From positions 1 to 64,000 of the IMG/VR virus record IMGVR_UViG_3300034072_000373: a DNA stretch of 64,000 nucleotides; one strand, 5' to 3'. Positions within the stretch are counted from its first letter, which is position 1; every line of letters begins with the position of its first letter. Source of the DNA: a virus. Shown in pieces: positions 28,901 through 38,346 of the stretch. Below the pieces are notes generated by a model. It saw only the letters and a list, made by a program, of their open reading frames with translations. It was not told where the DNA came from and made no database searches. The translations under genes and the position numbers were made by a program.

Positions 28901-31900
28901 AGAAGATAATTCTGAGGAAAGCACTGATGCGTCTGAAGAATCAAATGTGGATGAAGAAGTTGAGGAGCCAAATGCTCCTACCCTTCAGTCAGTTTACACT
29001 GATCTTCATGAAGGCTCTAACTTCCTGACTATGTTCAAGGCTAAGTTTAAGAAGAGCCGTATTGCAACGAACACTTCACCGCAGGCTTTTGTAGGTGATG
29101 CACTATTCGATAAGGAAAGTCTGAAGAAGGTTTCTGGAACCAATGCAAATGGTTATACCAAGAAGGTAGCTCAGGCTTATCACAATCTATTCCGTTCAAT
29201 GGGTGTTGTTCAGGATGCTCTGAACAGGCAGCTTGCTGCTGCCATGAAACAGAATCCCAACATGTTTAAGCGGGATGATAGATTCAACTTGGTTCAGGGT
29301 AAGGTTCTGAACTTCGTTGGTCCTGATGGTAAGTGGAATCCTCAGATCATTGAGAAGGCAATCATGGCTGCAATGCAGTTTGTGATTACCGGCAACAGTG
29401 TCCACTACAACAAGGATAAGGAAGATATTGCCAAGGCATTTGGTATGGACCCTTCCAATGTAACTCCTTGGATTGAAGGCGTAGTCAACAACACCATCAT
29501 GTATAATGATGCGGTCTATCAGCTATCACGTAAGATTGCTGATTACCTTGGTGTGTCTGTTGATCCTAATGCCCCAATGGGCATTGCCAACGGCATGATG
29601 GATGGTCTGGCTATTGAAGTGCTGAGAGCCTTTGAGACTGCTGGCTATATTGAATCTGGTATTCTCAAGACTGGTAAGAGCCAGCATGGTTATCTCGATT
29701 TCCGTGGCTTCACTCCCGGTAAGAAGACTAAGCTACAGAATGAGGCACGCCAGAGAATTAAGGATGTGTCTTCATATCCCAATGCAATGGATGACATTGT
29801 TCTGACTGAGAGAGACAATCCAGTCTCGATTGGTGAGCAGTTGGATCGTATGCCTAAGACTCGTCTGCGTCAGGATACTCCCCTTACTCGTGATGAGCAG
29901 CGGGCTGTTAGACTGATCCAGAATACTCCACTGTATGCCAATACAACTATGGCTAATCTGTATCAGAAGCTGGGCAAGGATAATCTTGTTCGTCTGTTTG
30001 GTTCACCAATTGCTGATCCAGCTAAGTTGAACAGGGAAGACCTACTCTCAAAGGAAGGCAAGAACCTCACTGTGATTTCTGCCTTTGATGCCTTTGAGAA
30101 GTATTTCTCCATGCTTCAGGAATATGCCAATGACACCAAGGATGCTCTGGGCAATGTTCCAATGTATTTTGGTTCAGAGATTACCTCAGTCGGTCGTCTG
30201 ATGATGATCGGTGAGCAGAACCCTGTTGCTGCTAAGATCATTCGTGAATTCCTCCTACCTACTAAGGCAACGGTGGATATGAATGATCCAGTCAATGAGC
30301 ATAATTACTATCTCATGATGGCTCAGGCTTTGGGTAAGAAGCTGGACAAGATGACTCCAGAACAGGCTGTTCAACAGGCTAAGGATACCCTGTTCTCTGA
30401 GGACATGGGTAATCTGCTGGAGACTCTTGAAACTCTGATGGGTGATGGTGAAGTCACTGTAGAGGCAATGAATGTCCTACAGGATAATATCAAATCGCCA
30501 TTCATGCTTCATGCTCTGACTGATTTCATTCGTTACAATCAGGCTAAGGCTGAAGGCAATCTTCAGAGATTCACCACCTCACTGTATCTGGAAGCTGATG
30601 GTAGAACCAATGGTCCTGCTGGTGCCCTGTTCCTGTATGGAACTGGTGCATTCACTTTGAACCAGCTTCGTGATTTCCAGAGAGTAGGTGTGTTCCCCGG
30701 TGATGCTGCTGGGACTGAAGCTGAGCCTAACTTCTCAGGTAAGCAGAAGATTGCTGATCTTTATGAACTAACTGCTGATCGCTTTACTAAGCGTCTTGGT
30801 TCACTGGTCGATGATATTCTGAATACTGCACGGGCTGCTAATCGTAAGGGTCAGATCACCGATAGATATGAGAACCAAATCCGTAACATGTTTGGTGCGG
30901 TGACTACGCTTATCCACGATACAGGTAATGGCATTGTCACCAATGCAAAAGGTAAGCTGGAGACTACTCGTGGTTCTGTGAAGAATCCTCTGACCAAGTT
31001 TATCTATGGTGCAGGTGAAGCCTCAATCTCTGCTGGCATCACTCAGGATATTCTGGCCAGCTTCTATGAGGCAGTTTCAGAACATCTGACCACAGGCAGC
31101 AATCCAGTAGCTTTTGCTAACATGCAGAATCTCATTGGACACTTGGTTCATAATAAGCTGGGGACTCGTAAGTCTGATGGTGTGAGCTTTGTTTTTGACA
31201 AGCAGAACACCGATTTCTCATTCCCTGCTGATGAAGCTGGTTGGAGAAACTTCAAGTTTACTTCTGAACAGGTCAACACAATCAATGCCAATGTCAGAGC
31301 AATGTATGTGAATCCTATGGTTCGTTCCATCAATTCAGTGATGGTCGATACTCTGGGAACCACTGGTCTGCTTATCGCAGCTTCCAACATGCAGAATGAA
31401 CTGTATGCAAAGCTGATGGATGAAGCGATCAAGAATGCTTTGAAGGAAAAGAAGCGTGCTGATCCTAAATTCCAGAACCATCACTTCCTGTCAGAGAATG
31501 AACTGAAGAAGATCAAGAATTCACTCAATTGGGTTAAGCCCCAGATTGATGAGAATCTCCAGTCATTGAATCTCAGCCCTACTGAGGCTGGTCTGACTAT
31601 GGACAGTGGTAGTGAACTGAAGTTTGTGAGCAGCCTTGATGGCAATCACAATGTTCCCGGTCAGGTCAATCTTCCCGGAGCCATGGGTGTTAGAGCAGTG
31701 CCTCTGACCACCATTAACTTTGGTGATGCCAGAATGGTAATCAATGCTTTCATGAAGGGTATTGAAAAGGTTCTGGCTGTCTATGACGGTATGCACATGT
31801 CACTGGATCGTATCCCTGTGGATTCGGTCAAGTATAATGAAGCTGTCAGTGAAGCATGGGACTTCAATGCTCTGAAGGTTTTCACTGAGCAGTTTGAAGG

Positions 31901-34900
31901 TATGGTTAAGAACCTGTCACCTGAAATGCTGGCTGATATGGCATCAGATGAAAATACTCCTGAAAGCATTCTGCGTGATTTGCAGAGAGCTTCACGGGAG
32001 ATTGATGCTCGTCAGTATGCACTTAATCAGGTTGCACTATCTGTAGACCAGATGGCTGCTACTGGTTCATCATTCACCAAGAACATGGATAAGACCGCTG
32101 TTGATGAACAGCAGACTTTTCAGATGCTGAATGATGCCTATGATGAATTCATGGCAAAGCAGGAGCCAAAGGAAGTATCTAACTTTGAGCTTCCTTCACG
32201 TATGAAGGGTCTTGCTGTTGTCCATAAGGAATCTGGTGCATATGTAATTCGTGCTAATAAGCTGATTGAGAACATTGCAGCATTGACCACCGATAAGAAT
32301 CTTATCTCATTGGTTCAGTCACTGAAGCTGCCTAATAGCGAAGATGTAAAGATCATCTTTGGCTCAGCAGAAGCTCGTAGAAAATATGCTCCTGACCTAA
32401 TGGCTAAGAGCAAATCAACTACTCGTGGTCTGTCTGATCCAGCTACCAATCGTATTCTATTGAACACGCAGTCAATGGAAACACTGGTGCATGAACTTAT
32501 TCATGCTGCCACTTTCAATACTGTTTACAATAGCTTGAATGGTTCTGCTTCAGAAGAACAGATGGATGCTGTTGAACGTATTGAAGCTTTGATGGACCAG
32601 TTCATTAACATGGATTATGATACGACTGGTTGGTCAGATAAGGCTAAGACTGCATATCGTCGTCTAACCAACGTCATTAATAATGCACTGTCTCAGAATG
32701 AGAATGATCTCTTTGTTGATGAGATTCTCAATCGAGCAATTGCTGTTAATGAATTTATGGCTTGGACACTTTCCAATCAGGAGTTGGGATATGTTGCATC
32801 GAAGACGCAGGCTTCACCAGAGATTGTCCGCTGGACTCAAAAGGCTTGGAGAGCGGTTCAGCAATTCTTCCGTGCTGTTAAGTTCTGGGAACCCAGACAT
32901 GATATCCTTAGCAATCTGCGGTTTAACACTCAGATTCTGACTACAGAGACTGAGGCACCTTCGGTTGCTGATATCGCCAATGGTATCTCACTGGCTCATG
33001 AAGAGGCAGAAAGCCCTGTGCTGCGTAAGCTGTTCTCTCAGTTGAGCACTGCTCTTCAGGGTAGAAGAGAAGAAGCCAATGGCACTGCTAACGTAGAGAG
33101 CATTGGTATCGGTGGTAGGGTAGCAAATGACTTCAGTGCTGCATTCCCAATGGATGCTGAACAGAAGAATCAGTTTGCTGTAATGGTTACTGCTATGTCT
33201 CAGGGTATGGGCCTTGAAGGCAATGCCTTCGCTCGTATCGCTGATATCTATCAGACTGTTCTGGAGAAGCTGGATGTCACTGACTTCCTAGCAAATCCTG
33301 AATCAACCAACCCTGCTGAGATTGCTACGGCTACTGCAAAGTATAATGCTGTTATGGGTAACACCACTGCACTCACTGGTGCAGATGGAGTGTCAACCCG
33401 TATCCCAGCATTCTTGGCTCTGTCACTAATTGATCCAGAATTCAGAAAGGTTCTTGAGAAGCTCAAGACTCCTAAGAATAAGGATTGGAAGTTTGAAGGT
33501 GTTGGAGCCACTCTGAATGATCTTGGCTCAAGAGCTATGCAGGGTCTGAACAACTATGTTGCTCCTACCGGCAAAGCTACCAATGCTAAGGAAGCAGTGG
33601 ACAATCTCATTGGGCATATGACTCGTGATCTGTCCAAGGCACAGACTGCTGCTGAAATGGCATCACGTAAGGGTCATGGTTATCTGGACAAGGCGAATGA
33701 TTTCTTTGTCGAGAACATGGAACGTCTGAGCAAGATTGCTGATGAGAAGCTCTCACGGGTAATGGATACTACCCAGAATAAGTATGTGAATATCGCTGCT
33801 GGTGTCGGTAAGATGCTGACAGGCGTTATCAATGCTGAAGTGGGTGAAGCCAACTCAGAAAGCATGATGCAGATGATTAACCGTCTGAAAGGTTGGGATA
33901 CTATCCGTGCAGCCTATTCAGATATCGTTGGTAGAACCAAAACCAATGCTGGCGTCTATGATCTTATCAAGCTTGTGAAGTCAGTGGTTTCACAGGGCCG
34001 TGAGAAGTATCGTGAGCAGTTGCCCAAGATTATCAAGGGTAAGTTCAAGAAGGCTCCTACGGCTGCACAGTGGACTTCACTGTTCCGTGGTATTGCCAAG
34101 ACTGACATTGCTGCTCTTCGGAACCATATGACCCAGAGTGAAATGCTTGAGGTCATTGGTTCAGATGCAAATGTCCGTGCAGAGATTGCTAGACTGGAAG
34201 GTATCCTGCCTGACAATGTTCTGAAGGCTGACAGAATTGCTAAGGCTAAGCAGCTTGCCAATTTCATGAACACAGGTGTTTATGGCGATATGCTTCTGCG
34301 TAATGCAAAGGCTGTTGCTGATCTGAGAGGCATGAACAATCAGGCGAATTCAACTGTTGATGAAGTTCAGACAATTGATTCACTGATTTCCCTTTATGCT
34401 TTCCAGAGCATGGATGCTGCACATCGGAACACCATTCGTGAACTGATGACCAATGAGCCAGATGCTATGAAGTATCTGATTGCTCAGGTGCAGGGTGCTA
34501 GACAGGATGAATTGGCCAAGGTCACTGATGATGTCGCCTACAATGTTTATAAGGGCTATACCCCTTCTGAACAGCGTGAAGGCATCAGCTTGATCGTTGC
34601 TGAAGATACCGACCGTGCAAGACTGGAACGTCTGGGTTATGTCCGTAAGGGTGACTACAATGGCTCAAACAAGGAGACTCGTGCGAGCTTCAATACCAAG
34701 GGCTATTACTATTCACCTGTGACTGGTAACAACCCATTCACTCAGGGCATTTCACAGAATGTGAATGAGACTGTCGGCGGTGTTGATCCTATCCGTGGTT
34801 TCAGCTTTGGTGTTCGCCATGCTGGTATCATTATGGACCCACGTAAGGTTCAGCGGATTGCTAATAGCCCACGGACTGATCGTGGTAATGAGAGCCTGTC

Positions 34901-36311
34901 ACCCATCTTCAACAAGGATGGGGATATCATTGCCTTTGAGCGGACTATTGATCCTGCAATGGATGCACTGCTGGATCGTAGCACTGATCTTGCTGATATG
35001 CTGGGTGCATGGAGAGGTCGTCAGTTTGAGGAAGAGAATGCAATCGTCTTCAATACTGAGCTTCTGGGTGCTCTGAAGGATATGCACGATAGACGCCCTG
35101 CTAATAGCAACGGTGACTATATCAATATTCTGGATGATGCTGAGTTGGCTCGTGATCCAGTGTTGGCTGATGCTGTGAAGCTGCTGTCTCCTAGAATGAA
35201 GGCAGAAGCTGCTGAACTGTTCGGTGAGAACAATTTCATTCCTGTCCGTAAGGATATGCTGAATGATGTTGTTGGTTATCGTGCTGCATCTGTAGGTGAC
35301 TCATGGACTGGTGTTACCCGGTTCAATGAGAACACACAGAATGCAATCGTTAATCTGGCAACTGGTTTTCTGGGGAGGGATGCCTTCAAGAAACTGGTTC
35401 AGGCTGAACGGTTCGTGGAAGGTGTAGTGGGCGATATTCGTAAGACCATTGTGGTTCGGTCAGTGATCGTCCCATGGGGCAACTTTATCTCTAACATGGG
35501 TCAGCTACTTACCCGTGGTGTTCCACTACATGCTTTGATCTCTGGTGTTCCAAAGAAGCTGAATGAAATTCAGACCTACGCTAAGAGCCAGAGAGATCAT
35601 ATTCGTTATGAGTCTGATCTGCTGGCAGCTAAGGGTGCTAACGATACTAGAGGAATTGCTCAGGCTGAAGCTAAGCTAAAGACAATTGAGGATATGCAGA
35701 AGCGTCTAAGCATCTGGCCTCTAATTGCTGCTGGTGAGTTCAGTTCAATTGCTGAAGATTTGGATAAGGCTGATAATCCACTTGCCACTGGTAGATGGAT
35801 GGATTGGATTGAATCCAAGATTCCTCAGTCTGGTATGTTGAAGGAGCCACTGAAATACTATTGGCTGGCTTCAGATACCCCTCTGTTCAAAGCACTACAG
35901 ACTTCAGTGAACTATGGTGACTTTGTTGCAAAGGCTGTCCTGTATGACCATATGACCAAGACTAAGAAGATTTCAAAGGAAGATGCTCTTCCCAAGATTT
36001 CTGAAGAGTATGTCAATTACGATAAGGTTCGTGGTCGGGTTAGACAGAAGCTGGAGAATGTTGGCTTGCTCTGGTTCTGGAACTTCAAGCTTAGATCAAC
36101 AAAGGTTGCGCTAAGTATGATCCGAGAGAATCCAGTCCATGCCCTGTTCTATTCCTTGGTTCCAACTCCAGATATTCTTGGTGATATTGATTCACCACTT
36201 CTGGATAACATCTTCTATCAGGCAACCGATGGTTCGCTAGGATATTCGATTGGACCGGGGATGGCAGTTCAGGGATTCAATATGAATCCATGGAACAGTT
36301 TGATCTTCTAA
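25944..36311 (+). CDS. Virion-encapsidated RNA polymerase (N4 gp50-like, 3,455 aa)
   Basis: TSVGRLMM (TxxGR), YLEADGRTNGP (motif A), RGSVKNPLTKFIYG (motif B), LAVYDG (motif C); size; no Cys seen after Met 25944. Confidence 0.97.
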   Translation: MANPSSTIMNEYLSKAKQTGVANATAQKKQTMAAQASVNDDALYRIASAQSNGTGNSMEGYERDLRTMGTFDLIGKYGSGIVGDLSRLENARERYRGDESSQRGFGDVVGDAAIGVPTAFASGIHSIANLIEAPFAPETAARDALANAKFGEWANSFQSDALNQRRRAAGADLQNTQADNKAAQERGEINSLERMGRDAYDAAARYLDDGALTSDVVAQGVGSLFIGGPMIKGFSKVGQGILKAAGRGESVLAGRVVNAAAGSLGVGTQEAGGAYDQTVQAAMERMADRTDLTEEQKLELANKAGLEAAAIQGTVAAGIGLIPGMTNLERAPLALRGSVRNSVKAILGETLEEATQSTSGQLAQNRAIRDVVDPNQDMLEGVGEQTALGAIGGFGSAGMVQAPSLAANTAMAPVRAIMAKGAEINSRREAAQVQEFSNNVETVRAAGPVNMDAVNTAIDNSDLDPEIKNTARAQIDGMMQRASYTPEQTRNYSPELQSYLEDSIDKFDALDTAMAIVEDSDFTNAQRLEAGAYIAQTVLQNNSQIKADLDEAIAAIHEDDPEFDKLIEYNDLMDKMGSHPIVQRMVQQFREQVAAVTPEQVNAEAMATPEGKQTASAVATAVASDPEAVSPEVISTILEHDESDPEFSPVNRKILEGAQAYHDMKETLRKNAEQIAIQNINAVTDNMIKSRFEDNPQEGSPLALSLRDHYTRFYNALMANDDVSAKDYLDNLGFFAAHMQNKLATVNSAIEDNAYSEKLAKPYMAVVPARTAAQRKWVPSNLKIWMNGRAKDSVRLAKRIQLEAQAITNTYNNLVEQNPEFNLPTIDVGTLNPLFDGSIDEVVNRYKGQKNVQTSTSDSSGNANPQRTQQSEGTSVTQSSREGTEESGSETSGTESRGSRVTPEQARGISDRALQSRITSLESMIEDNKATVQDRATLAVLRKENANRNAEAMQREREEQEAEAKARATESNQDQKPKTPEVTDSSEDNSEESTDASEESNVDEEVEEPNAPTLQSVYTDLHEGSNFLTMFKAKFKKSRIATNTSPQAFVGDALFDKESLKKVSGTNANGYTKKVAQAYHNLFRSMGVVQDALNRQLAAAMKQNPNMFKRDDRFNLVQGKVLNFVGPDGKWNPQIIEKAIMAAMQFVITGNSVHYNKDKEDIAKAFGMDPSNVTPWIEGVVNNTIMYNDAVYQLSRKIADYLGVSVDPNAPMGIANGMMDGLAIEVLRAFETAGYIESGILKTGKSQHGYLDFRGFTPGKKTKLQNEARQRIKDVSSYPNAMDDIVLTERDNPVSIGEQLDRMPKTRLRQDTPLTRDEQRAVRLIQNTPLYANTTMANLYQKLGKDNLVRLFGSPIADPAKLNREDLLSKEGKNLTVISAFDAFEKYFSMLQEYANDTKDALGNVPMYFGSEITSVGRLMMIGEQNPVAAKIIREFLLPTKATVDMNDPVNEHNYYLMMAQALGKKLDKMTPEQAVQQAKDTLFSEDMGNLLETLETLMGDGEVTVEAMNVLQDNIKSPFMLHALTDFIRYNQAKAEGNLQRFTTSLYLEADGRTNGPAGALFLYGTGAFTLNQLRDFQRVGVFPGDAAGTEAEPNFSGKQKIADLYELTADRFTKRLGSLVDDILNTARAANRKGQITDRYENQIRNMFGAVTTLIHDTGNGIVTNAKGKLETTRGSVKNPLTKFIYGAGEASISAGITQDILASFYEAVSEHLTTGSNPVAFANMQNLIGHLVHNKLGTRKSDGVSFVFDKQNTDFSFPADEAGWRNFKFTSEQVNTINANVRAMYVNPMVRSINSVMVDTLGTTGLLIAASNMQNELYAKLMDEAIKNALKEKKRADPKFQNHHFLSENELKKIKNSLNWVKPQIDENLQSLNLSPTEAGLTMDSGSELKFVSSLDGNHNVPGQVNLPGAMGVRAVPLTTINFGDARMVINAFMKGIEKVLAVYDGMHMSLDRIPVDSVKYNEAVSEAWDFNALKVFTEQFEGMVKNLSPEMLADMASDENTPESILRDLQRASREIDARQYALNQVALSVDQMAATGSSFTKNMDKTAVDEQQTFQMLNDAYDEFMAKQEPKEVSNFELPSRMKGLAVVHKESGAYVIRANKLIENIAALTTDKNLISLVQSLKLPNSEDVKIIFGSAEARRKYAPDLMAKSKSTTRGLSDPATNRILLNTQSMETLVHELIHAATFNTVYNSLNGSASEEQMDAVERIEALMDQFINMDYDTTGWSDKAKTAYRRLTNVINNALSQNENDLFVDEILNRAIAVNEFMAWTLSNQELGYVASKTQASPEIVRWTQKAWRAVQQFFRAVKFWEPRHDILSNLRFNTQILTTETEAPSVADIANGISLAHEEAESPVLRKLFSQLSTALQGRREEANGTANVESIGIGGRVANDFSAAFPMDAEQKNQFAVMVTAMSQGMGLEGNAFARIADIYQTVLEKLDVTDFLANPESTNPAEIATATAKYNAVMGNTTALTGADGVSTRIPAFLALSLIDPEFRKVLEKLKTPKNKDWKFEGVGATLNDLGSRAMQGLNNYVAPTGKATNAKEAVDNLIGHMTRDLSKAQTAAEMASRKGHGYLDKANDFFVENMERLSKIADEKLSRVMDTTQNKYVNIAAGVGKMLTGVINAEVGEANSESMMQMINRLKGWDTIRAAYSDIVGRTKTNAGVYDLIKLVKSVVSQGREKYREQLPKIIKGKFKKAPTAAQWTSLFRGIAKTDIAALRNHMTQSEMLEVIGSDANVRAEIARLEGILPDNVLKADRIAKAKQLANFMNTGVYGDMLLRNAKAVADLRGMNNQANSTVDEVQTIDSLISLYAFQSMDAAHRNTIRELMTNEPDAMKYLIAQVQGARQDELAKVTDDVAYNVYKGYTPSEQREGISLIVAEDTDRARLERLGYVRKGDYNGSNKETRASFNTKGYYYSPVTGNNPFTQGISQNVNETVGGVDPIRGFSFGVRHAGIIMDPRKVQRIANSPRTDRGNESLSPIFNKDGDIIAFERTIDPAMDALLDRSTDLADMLGAWRGRQFEEENAIVFNTELLGALKDMHDRRPANSNGDYINILDDAELARDPVLADAVKLLSPRMKAEAAELFGENNFIPVRKDMLNDVVGYRAASVGDSWTGVTRFNENTQNAIVNLATGFLGRDAFKKLVQAERFVEGVVGDIRKTIVVRSVIVPWGNFISNMGQLLTRGVPLHALISGVPKKLNEIQTYAKSQRDHIRYESDLLAAKGANDTRGIAQAEAKLKTIEDMQKRLSIWPLIAAGEFSSIAEDLDKADNPLATGRWMDWIESKIPQSGMLKEPLKYYWLASDTPLFKALQTSVNYGDFVAKAVLYDHMTKTKKISKEDALPKISEEYVNYDKVRGRVRQKLENVGLLWFWNFKLRSTKVALSMIRENPVHALFYSLVPTPDILGDIDSPLLDNIFYQATDGSLGYSIGPGMAVQGFNMNPWNSLIF
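28495..28647 (+). CDS. Candidate overprinted 50-aa gene nested in the +1 frame of the vRNAP linker
   Basis: TAAGGG 8 nt before ATG; MFKRLLLTVAETLILSGLNSLKERQSRKAAEKALKKAEAKLQEQNPVVPE with phage-typical codons. Confidence 0.5.
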   Translation: MFKRLLLTVAETLILSGLNSLKERQSRKAAEKALKKAEAKLQEQNPVVPE

Positions 36312-36316
36312 AAACA

Positions 36317-36350
36317 AAATACCCCCAGAGAGAAATCTCCGGGGGTATTT
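36317..36350. terminator. Bidirectional terminator between the convergent late and middle modules
   Basis: AAATACCCCC/GGGGGTATTT stem with a GAAA loop. Confidence 0.85.
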
Positions 36351-36352
36351 CA

Positions 36353-36517
36353 TTACGTGGTAGCAGGCGGATCATCGTCATGGAGTATGACCCATCCGAT
36401 AAGACAGATCACAACGAATGCCGCTATGTAGGGGGCCGCAACTACAATGGCTGTCGAGAGAACCATGAATAGTCCCAGAGCCACTAATCCTAATAGCAGC
36501 TTACCGGCCACACCCAT
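36353..36517 (-). CDS. Small membrane protein (54 aa; not in the ORF track)
   Basis: Hand-translated MGVAGKLLLGLVALGLFMVLSTAIVVAAPYIAAFVVICLIGWVILHDDDPPATT; TAATG coupling. Confidence 0.7.
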   Translation of the reverse strand: MGVAGKLLLGLVALGLFMVLSTAIVVAAPYIAAFVVICLIGWVILHDDDPPATT

Positions 36518-37011
36518 TAGTTGTTAACTGGCTTCTTCAAACCAGAGAACAGTCCACGCTTTGGTGCTGATGGAGGTGCTTCCTCCACAACGGCTGGAGC
36601 CTTGTCTTCCTGATATTCAGGGGCAAGCTCTTCGCCAACAGGAGTTTCTTCTTCGACTGAGACGGGTTCACCATCTGGCTCGAATGGAAGTTCTGCCTGT
36701 CCCTCATCGGCTGGTGTTGGTTCTGATTCTGGCTCAGGAGCCTTCTCAGCAACCTCGACAGTCCGACGAGTATATTTACGCTTCGGCTTCTCTTCAGCCT
36801 CAGCGGGTTCCGCAGGGGCGCTGGTGACAGTGTTTGCAGGGATGATGTTTTCCGCAGTGGGAACAACGTCGCTTGCATTGACAATTGCCACAGTCACGCC
36901 CTCTTCACTGAATGAGATATCCAGTGATGCGTTGGGGTTGATTGTGATCAGGGCTGAAACGTGGTCCTGCACCAGTGATGCAATGACCGACTTTTCGATG
37001 GTAAATTTCAT
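36517..37011 (-). CDS. Acidic, Pro-rich hypothetical protein
   Basis: Folded-looking N-terminus, KRKYTRR, acidic tail ending GLFSGLKKP; position typical of N4-like phages. Confidence 0.75.
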   Translation of the reverse strand: MKFTIEKSVIASLVQDHVSALITINPNASLDISFSEEGVTVAIVNASDVVPTAENIIPANTVTSAPAEPAEAEEKPKRKYTRRTVEVAEKAPEPESEPTPADEGQAELPFEPDGEPVSVEEETPVGEELAPEYQEDKAPAVVEEAPPSAPKRGLFSGLKKPVNN

Positions 37012-37012
37012 T

Positions 37013-37579
37013 TCACACCTTTTCCAAAAGCCGCATTAGGGTCTGGAATGCCGGAGTGTGGACTCCAGCATGAATTGCAGCGATAGCGTCTGCGGCATGT
37101 TCTGCCTTGCTGGTAATCTCAACCTTGCCCTTTAATTTCCGAGTAGGCCAATTTGAGTTGGGATACAACTTGACCGCCTCATCAATCATATTCTGCTTAG
37201 TGGCATTCTTGTTTCCGGTCAGATGGTATTTCACTTCTGATGCGGTCACTTCAATTATTTGGTGTCCCATGGACCTAAGCATTCCAAGGATACCGACGCA
37301 CACCCCATATGAGGTCATAGCTCTTGCTGACTGTGAGCCAACAGGAACTTCCACAAACATGACCTTACAGGATTGGGCGACTCTCAGAACCTCCTCAGCT
37401 AACTGCTCTGATCTGAACATGTCAGAACTATTAACCCTTACTTGCTTTGTGTTAAGCTTTTCTGGTTCAATAACAGTCAACTGAGGGGTGCTGAGTTCGC
37501 CAGAGTCAAGGCAAAGATTAGCCTTGGCAATACCCCAATGTGTGAAGCTGGGGTCCATTCCGGCGACTGGAATGATCAC
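37013..37579 (-). CDS. RuvC-like Holliday junction resolvase
   Basis: AGMDPSFTHWG..FVEVP..EVK..TGNKNATKQNMI..EHAADAIAA. Confidence 0.88.
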   Translation of the reverse strand: MIIPVAGMDPSFTHWGIAKANLCLDSGELSTPQLTVIEPEKLNTKQVRVNSSDMFRSEQLAEEVLRVAQSCKVMFVEVPVGSQSARAMTSYGVCVGILGMLRSMGHQIIEVTASEVKYHLTGNKNATKQNMIDEAVKLYPNSNWPTRKLKGKVEITSKAEHAADAIAAIHAGVHTPAFQTLMRLLEKV

Positions 37580-38334
37580 TTCTTCTGGAACAGACCAGAC
37601 TTCTTGCGTTCACCACCTTCCTGTGGAGGTGAACCGGGCTTACCGGACTTGCCGCCGCCCTTTGCACCAGCAGTCTTGTCGATGCACTGGCCCTTGTTCT
37701 TTTCGAGCCACTTGTCCCAGAAGACGCCTTCGACTTCTGAAACGTCACCGTCAGGATTGTCCTTCAGGAACTTGGTGATTTCGCTGACAGTAGCCTTGGC
37801 TTCTGGATGCAGAACCTTGGCAATGTTGTTCCGCTTCACGGTCTTGCCGGTGGGAACATATTCACCGTTCTGAAGCTCAGTCTTGTCTTCCAGAGTTTCC
37901 AGAATGGCCAGTGCCACTTCACCACCTAGCAGAGCAGTGATGACAGGAACGCTCTTGGGCAGTTCCTTCTTCTCGTCTGGATCGTATATGTTGACCTTCT
38001 TCTCTTCGACATACTGGTCCATCTCTTCCAGAGCTTCGCCAGTGATCAGGATGCAGAGATCGTTCACGGTATAGAAACCGGGAAGACCATAGTTCTTACC
38101 ATCCTTCTCGTAGAAGTTGTCACCCTTTGCATTGGTGAAGTAGACCTGTTCCTTGTGGGTCTTACCACCATGCTCGAATTCCAGACCGAGGAACTGAGCA
38201 CCCTTCTTCGATTCGCCTACATAGGCCATCTTGATGGTGCCGGTATAAATGTCTGAGGGAACTGTGAAGCCACCACCAACAAAGTCGGTGTTTTCTTCCA
38301 GATTGTCAGTTCCCATTTTCTTGAAAAGTGCCAT
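37576..38334 (-). CDS. ssb: Single-stranded DNA-binding protein (N4 gp45-like)
   Basis: DFVGGG..SDIYTGTIKMAY..LPGF..VNDLC; C-terminal KKSGLF; synteny. Confidence 0.85.
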   Translation of the reverse strand: MALFKKMGTDNLEENTDFVGGGFTVPSDIYTGTIKMAYVGESKKGAQFLGLEFEHGGKTHKEQVYFTNAKGDNFYEKDGKNYGLPGFYTVNDLCILITGEALEEMDQYVEEKKVNIYDPDEKKELPKSVPVITALLGGEVALAILETLEDKTELQNGEYVPTGKTVKRNNIAKVLHPEAKATVSEITKFLKDNPDGDVSEVEGVFWDKWLEKNKGQCIDKTAGAKGGGKSGKPGSPPQEGGERKKSGLFQKK

Positions 38335-38346
38335 TATATTCTAACC

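Noticed and set aside
26926-35076. Other +1-frame ORFs within vRNAP (26926, 27385, 28756, 32683, 34765)
   Set aside because: Leu/Met-rich translations expected from T-ending codons in the main frame; the main frame shows no distortion there.
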